Below, one piece after another: positions 1-13,795 of a stretch of DNA of 64,000 nt (the first letter of the stretch is position 1; each line of letters begins with the position of its first letter). Made by a program: the position numbers and the translations under genes. The notes beneath the pieces are model-generated. The model was not told the origin of the DNA. It did no database searches and worked only from the letters and a program-made list of their open reading frames with translations. The stretch is taken from assembly GCF_009914755.1 (NCBI RefSeq), contig NC_060937.1; one strand, given 5' to 3'. The stretch is from the human T2T-CHM13v2.0 reference genome, Homo sapiens.

Positions 1-20
1 AATAAACTGTAAATAAAATA

Positions 21-2404
21 TCAATGTACTCAAACTATATATTATGTGCGGTACATAAGATATCAAAGTACCCATGCTATATAGTATATACTGTACTTAA
101 AATATCAAAATACCCAAAATATATATTATATACGTTACATAAACTATCAAATACACAAAGTATGTATTATATACTGTACATAAAATAGCAAAGTTCCCAA
201 AATATGTATTATATACTGTACATAAAATATGAAAGTACCCAACCATTTATAATAAACTCTACATAAAATACCAAAGTACCCAAACTGTGTATTATATACT
301 GTCCATAAAATATCAAAGGACCCAAAATATATATTGTAAACTCTACATAAAATATCAAAGTAGCCAAAATACATATTGTATACTGTACATAAAATATAAA
401 AGTACCCCAAATATATATTATATACTGTACATAAAATATCAAAGTACCCATAATACATATTATATACTGTACATAAAATATCAAAGGACCCAAAATAAAC
501 ATTATATACTGTACATAAAATATCCAAATACTCAAAATATATATTACATACTGTACATAAAATATCAAAGTACCCAAATTATGTATTATATACTGTATAT
601 AAAATATCAGAGTACCCAAAATATGCATTATATACTGTACATAAAATATGAAGGTACATCAAATATATAGTATATGCTGCACATAAAATATCAAAGTACC
701 CAAAGTATGTATTATATACTGTACATAAAATATCAAAGTACCAAAAGTATATATTACCTACTGTAAATAAAATATGAAGATACCTCAAATATATATTATA
801 TTCTGTACATAAAATATCAAAGTGCACCAAGTATATACTATATACTCTACATAAAATATTAAATTACCCAAAATATGTATTGTATTGTGTACATAAAATA
901 TGAAAGTAACCAAACATTTATAATAAACTGTACATAAAATATCAAAGTACTCAAACTTTATATTATATACTGTACATAAAGTATCAAAGTACCCAAACTG
1001 TGTAGTATATACTGTACATGAAATATCAAGGTACCCAAAATGTATATTGTAAAGTGTAGATAAAATATCAAAGTACCCAAAATATATATTATATACTGTA
1101 CATAAAATATGAAGGCACATCCAATATATATTATATTCTGTACATAAAATATCAAAGTACACCAAATGTATATTATATACTGTACATAAAATATAAAACT
1201 ACCCCAAATATATCTTATATACTCTACATAAAATATCAAAGTACCCAAAATATATATTATATACTGTACATAAAATATCAAAGTACCCATAGTATGTATT
1301 ATATCCTGTACATAAAATATGAAGGTACATCAAATATATATTCTATTCTGCACATAAAATATCATATTGCACCAAATATATATTGTATACTGTATATAAA
1401 ATATGAAGGTACTTCAAATATATATTATATGCTGCACATAAAATATCAAAGTACCCAAAGTATGCATTATATACTGTACATAAAATATCAAAGTACCCAA
1501 AGTGTATATTATATACTGTACATAAAATATGAAGGTTCATCTAATATATTTTATATTCTGCACATAATATATCAAAGTACAGCAAATATATATTATATAT
1601 TGTACATAAAATAACAAAGTACCAAAAATATGTATTATATACTGTACATAAAATATGAAAGTAACCAAATATTTATAATAAACTGTATATAAAATATCAA
1701 AGTACTCAAACTACATATTATATACAGTATATAAAATATCAAAGTACCCAAACTATATATTATATACTGTACATACTATATCAAAGTACCCAAATATATA
1801 GCATACTGTCCATAAAATATCAAAGTACCCAAAATATATATTGTATACTGTACATAAAATATGAAGGTACATCAAAGATATATTATATCCTGTACATAAA
1901 ATATCAAAGTACACCAAATATATATTATATGCTGTACATAATATATTAAAGTCGACCAAATATATATTATATACTGTACATAAAATATGAAGGTACCTCA
2001 ACTATATATTATATGCTGCACATAAATTATCAAATTACCCAAAGTATGTATTATATACTGTACATAAAATATCAAAGTACCCAAAGTATATATTATATAC
2101 TGTACATAAAATATAAAATACCCCAAATATATATTATATGCTGTACATAAAATATCAAAGTACACAAAATATGTATTATGTACTGTACATACAATATAAA
2201 GGACCCAAAATATATACTATATACTGTACATAAAATATCAAAATACCCAAAATATATATTATATACTGTACATAAAATACCAAAGTACCCAAAGTATATA
2301 TTATATACCGTACAAAAAATATCAAAGTAGCCAAAATATGTATTATACACTGTACATAATATATGAAAGTACCCAAACATTTATAATAAACTGTACATAA
2401 AATA
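21..2404 (+). repeat. HOR variant U1 (2,384 bp, 57 monomers): 22-monomer deletion near 650 and 7-monomer insertion at 1184-1477
   Basis: The offset to the full unit U4 changes from 7748 to 8670 (922 bp lost), then to 8377 (294 bp gained, 1 bp lost). Recurs at 19320, 42938 and 56795. Confidence 0.85.
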
Positions 2405-5400
2405 TCAATGTACTCAAACTATGTATTATGTGCGGTACATAACATATCAAAGTATCCATACTATATAGTATGTACTGCACTTAAAATATCAAAATACCCA
2501 AAATATATATTATATACGTTACATAAACTATCAAATACACAAAGTATGTATTATATACTGTACATAAAATAGCAAAGTTCCCAAAATATGTATTATATAC
2601 TGTACATAAAATATGAAAGTACCCAACCATTTATAATAAACTCTACATAAAATACCAAAGTACCCAAACTGTGTATTATATACTGTCCATAAAATATCAA
2701 AGTACCCAAAATATATATTGTAAACTCTACATAAAATATCAAAGTAGCCAAAATACATATTTTATACTGTACATAAAATATGAAAGTACCCCAAATATGT
2801 ATTATATACTGTACATAAAATATCAAAGTACCCATAATACATATTATATACTGTACATAAAATATCAAAGGACCCAAAATAAACATTATATACTGTACAT
2901 AAAATATCCAAATACTCAAAATATATATTACGTACTGTACATAAAATATCAAAGTACCCAAATTATGTATTATATACTGTACGTAAAATATCAGAGTACC
3001 CAAAATATGCATTATATACTGTACATAAAATATGAAAGTAACAATACATTTATAATAAACTGTACAAAAAATATCAAAGTACTCAAACTATATATCATAT
3101 ACTGTACATAAAATATCAAAGTACCCAAACTGTGTATTATTATATACTGTATATAAAATATCAAATACCTGAAATATATATTGTATACTGTACATAAAAT
3201 ATCAAAGTACCCAAAATATATACTATATACTGTACATAAAATATGAAGGTACATCAAATATATATTATATCCTGTACATAAAATATCAAAGTACACCTAT
3301 TATATATTGTGTACTGTACATAATATATTAAATCGCCCAAATATATACTGTATACTGTATATAAAATATGAAGGTACTTCAAATATATATTATATGCTGC
3401 ACATAAAATATCAAAGTACCCAAAGTATGCATTACATACTGTACATAAAATATCAAAGTACACATATTATATATTATATAATGTACATAAAATATGAAGG
3501 TTCATCAAATATATATTATATTCTGTACATAATATATCAAAGTACATAAAATATATATTATATACGGTACATAAAATATCAAAGTACCAAAAATATGTAT
3601 TATATACTGTACATAAAACATGAAAGTAACCAAACATTTCTAATAAACTGTACATTAAATATCAAAGTACTCAATGTACATAATATATACAGTATATAAA
3701 ATATCAAAGTACACAAACTGTATATTATATACTGTACATAATATATCAAAGTACCCAGAATATATAGCATACTGTACATAAAATATCAAAGTACCCAAAA
3801 TATATATTGTATACTGTACTTAAAATATGAAGGTACATCAAAGATATATTATATTCTGTACATAAAATATCAAAGTACACCAAATATATATTATATGCTG
3901 TACATAGTATATTAAAGTTGCCCGTATATACATTATATACTGTACATAAAATATGAACGTACATCAAATATATAGTATATGCTGCACATAAAATATCAAA
4001 GTACCCAAAGTATGTATTATACACTGTACATAAAATATCAAAGTACCAAAAGTATATATTACATACTGTAAATAAAATATGAAGGTACCTCAAATATATA
4101 TTATATTCTGTACATAAAATATCAAAGTACACCAAGTATATACTATATACTCTGCATAAAATATTAAATTACCCAAAATATGTATTGTATTGTGTACATA
4201 AAATATGAAAGTAACCAAACATTTATAATAAACTGTACATAAAATATCAAAATACTCAAACTGTATATTATATACTGTACATAAAGTATCAAAGTACCCA
4301 AACTGTGTAGTATATACTGTACATAAAATATCAAGGTACCCAAAATATATATTGTAAACTGTAGATAAAATATCAAAGTACCCAAAATATATATTATATA
4401 CTGTACATAAAATGTGAAGGCACATCCAATATATATTATATTCTGTACATAAAATATCAAAGTACACCAAATGTATATTATATACTGTACATAAAATATC
4501 AAAGTACCCAAAGTGTATATTATATACTGTACATAAAATATGAAGGTTCATCAAATATATTTTATATTCTGCACATAATATATCAAAGTACAGCAAATAT
4601 ATATTATATACTGTACATAAAATATCAAAGTACCCAAAATATGTATTATATACTGTACATAAAATATGAAAGTAACCAAACATTTATAATAAACTGTACA
4701 TAAAGTATCAAAGTACTCAAACTACATATTATATACAGTATATAAAATGTCAAAGTACCCAAACTGTATATTATATACTGTACATAATATATCAAAGTAC
4801 CCGAATATATAGCATACTGTACATAAAATATCAAAGTACCCAAAGTGTGTTTTATACACTGCACATAAAATATGAAGGTACATAAAATATATATTGTATT
4901 CTGTACATAAAATATCAAAGTACTCCAAATATATATTATATGCTGTACATAATATATTAAAGTCGCCCAAATATATATTATATACTGTGCATAAAATATG
5001 AAGGTACATCAAATATATATTATATGCTGCACATAAAATATCAAAGTACCCAAAGTATGTGTTATATACTGTACATAAAATATCAAAGTACCCAAAGTAT
5101 ATATTACATACTGTACATAAAATATAAAATACCCCAAATATATATTATATGCTGTACATAAAATATCAAAGTACACAAAATATGTATTATATACTGTACA
5201 TAAAATACCAAAGGACCCAAAATATATATTATATACTGTACATAAAATATCAAAATACCCAAAATATATATTATATACTGTACATAAAATACCAAAGTAC
5301 CCAAAGTATATATTATATACCGTACAAAAAATATCAAACTAGCCAAAATATGTATTATACACTGTACATAATATATGAAAGTACCCAAACATTTATAATA

Positions 5401-5416
5401 AACTGTACATAAAATA
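2405..5416 (+). repeat. HOR variant U2 (3,012 bp, 72 monomers)
   Basis: Marker spacing of 3012 with the full monomer order. Has GTCGCC where most other units have GTCGAC. Recurs at 21704, 45322 and 59179. Confidence 0.85.
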
Positions 5417-7768
5417 TCAATGTACTCAAACTATATATTATGTGCGGTACATAAGATATCAAAGTACCCATACTATATAGTATATACTGTACTTAAAATA
5501 TCAAAATACCCAAAATATATATTATATACGTTACATAAACTATCAAGTACACAAAGTATGTATTATATACTGTACATAAAATAGCAAAGTTCCCAAAATA
5601 TGTATTATATATATTATAAATATGTACATAAAATATGAAAGTATCCAACCATTTATAATAAACTCTACATAAAACACCAAAGTACCCAAACTGTGTATTA
5701 TATACTGTCCATAAAATATCAAAGTACCCAAAATATATATTGTAAACTGTACATAAAATATCAAAGTAGCCAAAATACATATTGTATACTGTACATAAAA
5801 TATAAAAGTACCCCAAATATATATTATATACTGTACATAAAATATCAAAGTACCCATAATACATATTATATACTGTACATAAAATATCAAAGGACCCAAA
5901 ATAAACATTATATACTGTACATAAAATATCCAAATACTCAAAATATATATTACATACTGTACATAAAATATCAAAGTACCCAAATTATGTATTATATACT
6001 GTACGTAAAATATCAGAGTACCCAAAATATGCATTATATACTGTACATAAAATATGAAAGTAACAAAACATTTATAATAAACTGTACATAAAATATCAAA
6101 GTACTCAAACTATATATCATATACTGTACATAAAATATCAAAGTACCCAAAATATATATTGTATACTGTACATAAAATATGAAGGTACATCAAAGATATA
6201 TTATATTCTGTACATAAAATATCAAACTACACCAAATATATATTATATGCTGTACATAATATATCAAAGTTGCCCATATATACATTCTATACTGTACATA
6301 AAATATGAACGTACATCAAATATATAGTATATGCTGCACATAAAATATCAAAGTACCCAAAGTATGTATTATACACTGTACATAAAATATCAAAGTACCA
6401 AAAGTATATATTACATACTGTAAATAAAATATGAAGGTACCTCAAATATATATTATATTCTATACATAAAATATCAAAGTACACCAAGTATATACTATAT
6501 ACTCTGCATAAAATATTAAATTACCCAAAATATGTATTGCATTGTGTACATAAAATATGAAAGTAACCAAACGTTTATAATAAACTGTACATAAAATATC
6601 AAAGTACTCAAACTGTATATTATATACTGTACATAAAGTATCAAAGTACCCAAACTGTGTAGTATATATTGTACATAAAATACCAAGGTACCCAAAATAT
6701 ATATTGTAAACTGTAGATAAAATATCAAAGTACCCAAAATATATATTATATACTGTACATGAAATATGAAGGCACATCCAATATATATTATACTCTGTAC
6801 ATAAAATATCAAAGTACACCAAATGTATATTATATACTGTACATAAAATATGAAAGTACCCAATGTGTATATTATATACTGTACATAAACTATGAAGGTT
6901 CATCAAATATATTTTATATTCTGCACATAATATATCAAAGTACAGCAAATATATATTATATACTGTACATAAAATATCAAAGTACCCAAAATATGTATTA
7001 TATACTGTACATAAAATATGAAAGTAAGCAAACATTTATAATAAACTGTACATAAAGTATCAAAGTACTCAAACTACATATTATATACAGTATATAAAAT
7101 ATCAAAGTACCCAAACTGTATATTATATACTGTACATAATATATCAAAGTACCCGAATATATAGCATACTCCACATAAAATATCAAAGTACCCAAAGTTT
7201 GTATTATACACTGCACATAAAATATGGAGGTACATCAAAGATATATTATATTCTGTACATAAAATATCCAAGTACACCAAATATATATTATATGCTGTAC
7301 ATAATATATTAAAGTCGACCAAATATATATTATATACTGTACATAAAATATGAAGGTACATCAAATATATATTATATGCTGCACATAAAATATCAAAGTA
7401 CCCAAAGTATGTGTTATATACTGTACATAAAATATCAAAGTACCCAAAGTATATATTATATACTGTACATAAAATATAAAATACCCCAAATATATATTAT
7501 ATGCTCTACATAAAATATCAAAGTACACAAAATATGTATTATATACTGTACATAAAATACCAAAGGACCCAAAATATATATTATATACTGTACATAAAAT
7601 ATCAAAATACCCAAAATATATATTATATACTGTACATAAAATACCAAAGTACCCAAAGTATATATTATATACCGTACAAAAAATATCAAAGTAGCCAAAA
7701 TATGTATTATACACTGTACATAATATATGAAAGTACCCAAACATTTATAATAAACTGTACATAAAATA
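5417..7768 (+). repeat. HOR variant U3 (2,352 bp, 56 monomers): one 52-bp monomer and a 16-monomer (671-bp) deletion near 6145
   Basis: 3013+10-671=2352. The sequence jumps from ...ATATCATATACTGT directly into the monomer preceding GAAGGTACATCAAAGAT. Recurs at 24716, 29035, 48334 and 62191 (the last copy is cut by the window end). Confidence 0.85.
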
Positions 7769-10700
7769 TCAATGTACTCAAACTATATATTATGTGCGGT
7801 ACATAAGATATCAAAGTACCCATACTATATAGTATATACTGTACTTAAAATATCAAAATACCCAAAATATATATTATATACGTTACATAAACTATCACAT
7901 ACACAAAGTATGTATTATATACTGTACATAAAATAGCAAAGTTCCCAAAATATGTATTATATACTGTACATAAAATATGAAAGTACCCAACCATTCATAA
8001 TAAAGTCTACATAAAATACCAAAGTACCCAAACTGTGTATTATATACTGTCCATAAAATATCAAAGGACCCAAAATATATATTGTAAACTCTACATAAAA
8101 TATCAAAGTAGCCAAAATACATATTGTATACTGTACATAAAATATAAAAGTACCCGAAATATATATTATATACTGTACATAAAATATCAAAGTACCCATA
8201 ATACATATTATATACTGTACATAAAATATCAAAGGACCCAAAATAAACATTATATACTGTACATAAAATATCCAAATACTCAAAATATATATTACATACT
8301 GTACATAAAATATCAAAGTACCCAAATTATGTATTATATACTGTACGTAAAATATCAGAGTACCCAAAATATGCATTATATACTGTACATAAAATATGAA
8401 AGTAACAAAACATTTATAATAAACTGTACATAAAATATCAAAGTACTCAAACTATATATCATATACTGTACATAAAATATCAAAGTACCCAAACTGTGTA
8501 TTATTACATACTTTATATAAAATATCAAAGTACCTGAAATATATATTTTATACTGTACATAAAATATCAAAGTACCCAAAATATATACTATATACTGTAC
8601 ATAAAATATGAAGGTACATCAAATATATATTATATCCTGTACATAAAATATCAAAGTACTCCTATTATATATTGTGTACTGTACATAATATATTAAATCG
8701 CCCAAATATATATTGTATACTGTATATGAAATATGAAGGTACTTCAAATATATATTATATGCTGCACATAAAATATCAAAGTACCCAAAGTATGCATTAC
8801 ATACTGTACATAAAATATCAAAGTACACAAATTATATATTATATTCTGTACATAAAATATGTAGGTTCGTCAAATATATTTTATATTCTGTACATAATAT
8901 ATCAAAGTACATCAAATATATATTATATACGGTACATAAAATATCAAAGTACCCAAAATATGTACTATTTACTGTACATAAAATATGAAAGTAACCAAAC
9001 ATTTATAATAAACTGTACATAAAATATCAAAGTACTCAATCTACATATTATATACAGTATATAAAATATCAAAGTACACAAACTGTATATTATATACTGT
9101 ACATAATATATCAAAGTACCCAGAATATATAGCATACTGTACATACAATATCAAAGTACCCAGAATGTATATTGTATACTGTACATAAAATATGAAGGTA
9201 CATCAAAGATATATTATATTCTGTACATAAAATATCAAAGTACACCAAATATATATTATATACTGTACATAATATATTAAAGTTGCCCATGTATACATTT
9301 TATACTGTACATAAAATATGAAGGTACATCAAATATATAGTATATGCTGCACATAAAATATCAAAGTACCCAAAGTATGTATTATATACTGTACATAAAA
9401 TATCAAAGTACCAAAAGTATATATTACCTACTGTAAATAAAATATGAAGATACCTCAAATATATATTATATTCTGTACATAAAATATCAAAGTACACCAA
9501 GTATATACTATATACTCTACATAAAATATTAAATTACCCAAAATATGTATTGTATTGTGTACATAAAATATGAAAGTATCCAAACATTTATAATAAACTG
9601 TACATAAAATATCAAAGTACTCAAACTGTATATTATATACTGTACATAAAGTATCAAAGTACCCAAACTGTGTAGTATATACTGTACATAAAATATCAAG
9701 GTACCCAAAATATATATTGTAAACTGTAGATAAAATATCAAAATACCCAAAATATATATTATATACTGTACATAAAATATGAAGGCACATCCAATATATA
9801 TTATATTCTGTACATAAAATATCAAAGTACACCAAATGTATATTATATACTGTACATAAAATATCAAAGTACCCAAAGTGTATATTATATACTGTACATA
9901 AAATATGAAGGTTCATCAAATATATTTTATATTCTGCACATAATATATCAAAGTACAGCAAATATATATTATATACTGTACATAAAATATCAAAGTACCC
10001 AGAATATGTATTATATACTGTACATAAAATATGAAAGTAAGCAAACATTTATAATAAACTGTACATAAAGTATCAAAGTACTCAAACTACATATTATATA
10101 CAGTATATAAAATATCAAAGTACACAAACTGTATATTATATACTGTACATAATATATCAAAGTACCCGAATATATAGCATACTCTACATAAAATATCAAA
10201 GTACCCAAAGTTTGTATTATACACTGCACATAAAATATGAAGGTACATCAAAGATATATTATATTCTGTACATAAAATATCAAAGTACACCAACTATATA
10301 TTATATGCTGTACATAATATATTAAAGTCGACCAAATATATATTATATACTGTACATAAAATATGAAGGTACATCAAATATATATTATATGCTGCACATA
10401 AAATATCAAAGTACCCAAAGTATGTGTTATATACTGTACATAAAATATCAAAGTACCCAAAGTATATATTATATACTGTACATAAAATATAAAATACCCC
10501 AAATATATATTATATGCTGTACATAAAATATCAAAGTACACAAAATATGTATTATATACTGTACATAAAATACCAAAGGACCCAAAATATATATTATATA
10601 CTGTACATAAAATATCAAAATACCCAAAATATATATTATATACTGTACATAAAATACCAAAGTACCCAAAGTATATATTATATACCGTACAAAAAATATC

Positions 10701-10781
10701 AAAGTAGCCAAAATATGTATTATACACTGTACATAATATATGAAAGTACCCAAACATTTATAATAAACTGTACATAAAATA
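7769..10781 (+). repeat. Canonical 3,013-bp 72-mer HOR unit (U4)
   Basis: 72x42=3024. Eight shortfalls or gains account for the difference: nine 41-bp monomers, one 40-bp, one 39-bp and one 45-bp monomer sum to -11, giving 3013 exactly. Recurs at 31387. Confidence 0.9.
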
Positions 10782-13700
10782 TCAATGTACTCAAACTATA
10801 TATTATGTGCGCTACATAAGATATCAAAGTACCCATACTATATAGTATATACTGTACTTAAAATATCAAAATACCCAAAATATATATTATATACGTTACA
10901 TAAACTATCAAATACACAAAGTATGTATTATATACTGTACATAAAATAGCAAAGTTCCCAAAATATGTATTATATACTGTACATAAAATATGAAAGTACC
11001 CAACCATTTATAATAAAGTCTACATAAAATACCAAAGTACCCAAACTGTGTATTATATACTGTCCATAAAATATCAAAGGACCCAAAATATATATTGTAA
11101 ACTCTACATAAAATATTAAAGTAGCCAAAATACATATTGTATACTGTACATAAAATATAAAAGTACCCCAAATATATATTATATACTGTACATAAAATAT
11201 CAAAGTACCCATAATACATATTATATACTGTACATAAAATATCAAAGGACCCAAAATAAACATTATATACTGTACATAAAATATCCAAATTCTCAAAATA
11301 CATATTACATACTGTACATAAAATATCAAAGTACCCAAATTATGTATTATATACTGTACGTAAAATATCAGAGTACCCAAAATATGCATTATATACTGTA
11401 CATAAAAAATGAAAGTAACAAATCATTTATAATAAACTGTACATAAAATATCAAAGTACTCAAACTATATATCATATACTGTACATAAAATATCAAAGTA
11501 CCCAAACTGTGTATTATTATATACTGTATATAAAATATCAAAGTACCTGAAATATATATTGTATACTGTACATAAAATATCAAAGTACCCAAAATATATA
11601 CTATATACTGTACATAAAATATGAAGGTACATCAAATATATATTATATCCTGTACATAAAATATCAAAGTACACCTATTATATATTGTGTACTGTACATA
11701 ATATATTAAATCGCCCAAATATATATCGTATACTGTATATAAAATATGAAGGTACTTCAAATATATATTGTATGCTGCACATAAAATATCAAAGTACCCA
11801 AAGAATGCATTACATACTGTACATAAAATATCAAGGTACACAAATTATATATTATATACTGTACATAAAATATGTAGGTTCATCAAATATATTTTATATT
11901 CTGTACATAATATATCAAAGTACATCAAATATATATTATATACTGTACATAAAATATCAAAGTACCCAAAATATGTATTATATACTGTACATAAAACATG
12001 AAAGTAACCAAACATTTATAATAAACTGTACATAAAATATCAAAGTACTCAATCTACATATTATATACAGTATATAAAATATCAAGGTACACAAACTGTA
12101 TAATATATACTGTACATAATATATCAAAGTACCCAGAATATATAGCATACTGTACATAAAATATCAAAGTACCCAAAATATATATTGTATACTGTACATA
12201 AAATATGAAGGTACATCAAAGATATATTATATTCTGTACATAAAATATCAAACTACACCAAATATGTATTGTATGCTGTACATAATATATTAAAGTTGCC
12301 CATATATACATTATATACTGTACATAAAATATGAACGTACATCAAATATATAGTATATGCTGCACATAAAATATCAAAGTACCCAAAGTATGTATTATAC
12401 ACTGTACATAAAATATCAAAGTACCAAAAGTATATATTACATACTGTAAATAAAATATGAAGGTACCTCAAATATATATTATATTCTGTACATAAAATAT
12501 CAAAGTACACCAAGTATATACTATATACTCTGCATAAAATATTAAATTACCCAAAATATGTATTGTATTGTGTACATAAAATATGAAAGTATCCAAACAT
12601 TTATAATAAACTGTACATAAAATATCAAAGTACTCAAACTGTATATTATATACTATACATAAAGTATCAAAGTACCCAAACTGTGTAGTATATACTGTAC
12701 ATAAAATATCAAGGTACCCAAAATATATATTGTAAACTGTAGATAAAATATCAAAGTACCCAAAATATATATTATATACTGTACATAAAATATGAAGGCA
12801 CATCCAATATATATTATATTCTGTACATAAAATATCAAAGTACACCAAATGTATATAATATACTGTACATAAAATATCAAAGTACCCAAATTGTATATTA
12901 TATACTGTACATAAAATATGAAGGTTCATCAAATATATTTTATATTCTGCACATAATATATCAAAGTACAGCAAATATATATTATATACTGTACATAAAA
13001 TATCAAAGTACCCAAAATATGTATTTATATACTGTACATAAAATATGAAAGTAACCAAACATTTATAATACACTGTACATAAAGTATCAAAGTACTCAAA
13101 CTACATATTATATACAGTATATAAAATATCAAAGTACCCAAACTGTATATTATATACTGTACATAATATATCAAAGTACCCGAATATATAGCATACTCTA
13201 CATAAAATATCAAAGTACCCAAAGTTTGTATTATACACTGCACAGAAAATATGAAGGTACATCAAAGATATATTATATTCTGTACATAAAATATCCAAGT
13301 ACACCAAATATATATTATATGCTGTACATAATATATTAAAGTCGACCAAATATATATTATATACTGTACATAAAATATGAAGGTACATCAAATATATATT
13401 ATATGCTGCACATAAAATATCAAAGTACCCAAAGTATGTGTTATATACTGTACATAAAATATCAAAATACCCAAAGTATATATTATATACTGTACATAAA
13501 ATATAAAATACCCCAAATATATATTATATGCTCTACATAAAATATCAAAGTACACAAAATATGTATTATATACTGTACATAAAATACCAAAGGACCCAAA
13601 ATATATATTATATACTGTACATAAAATATCAAAATACCCAAAATATATATTATATACTGTACATAAAATACCAAAGTACCCAAAGTATATATTATATACC

Positions 13701-13795
13701 GTACAAAAAATATCAAAGTAGCCAAAATATGTATTATACACTGTACATAATATATGAAAGTACCCAAACATTTATAATAAACTGTACATAAAATA
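10782..13795 (+). repeat. HOR unit U5 (3,014 bp, 72 monomers, 1-bp insertion near 13025)
   Basis: Marker spacing of 3014. GTATTTATATAC replaces GTATTATATAC at about 13021-13032. Recurs at 34400. Confidence 0.87.

Noticed and set aside
7769-10781. Reading the 72-mer as eight copies of the canonical 378-bp 9-mer
   Set aside because: The arithmetic fits, but diagnostic monomers recur at 6, 10, 14, 14, 11 and 17 monomer intervals rather than every 9. It is not supported by eye, and a computed autocorrelation would settle it.
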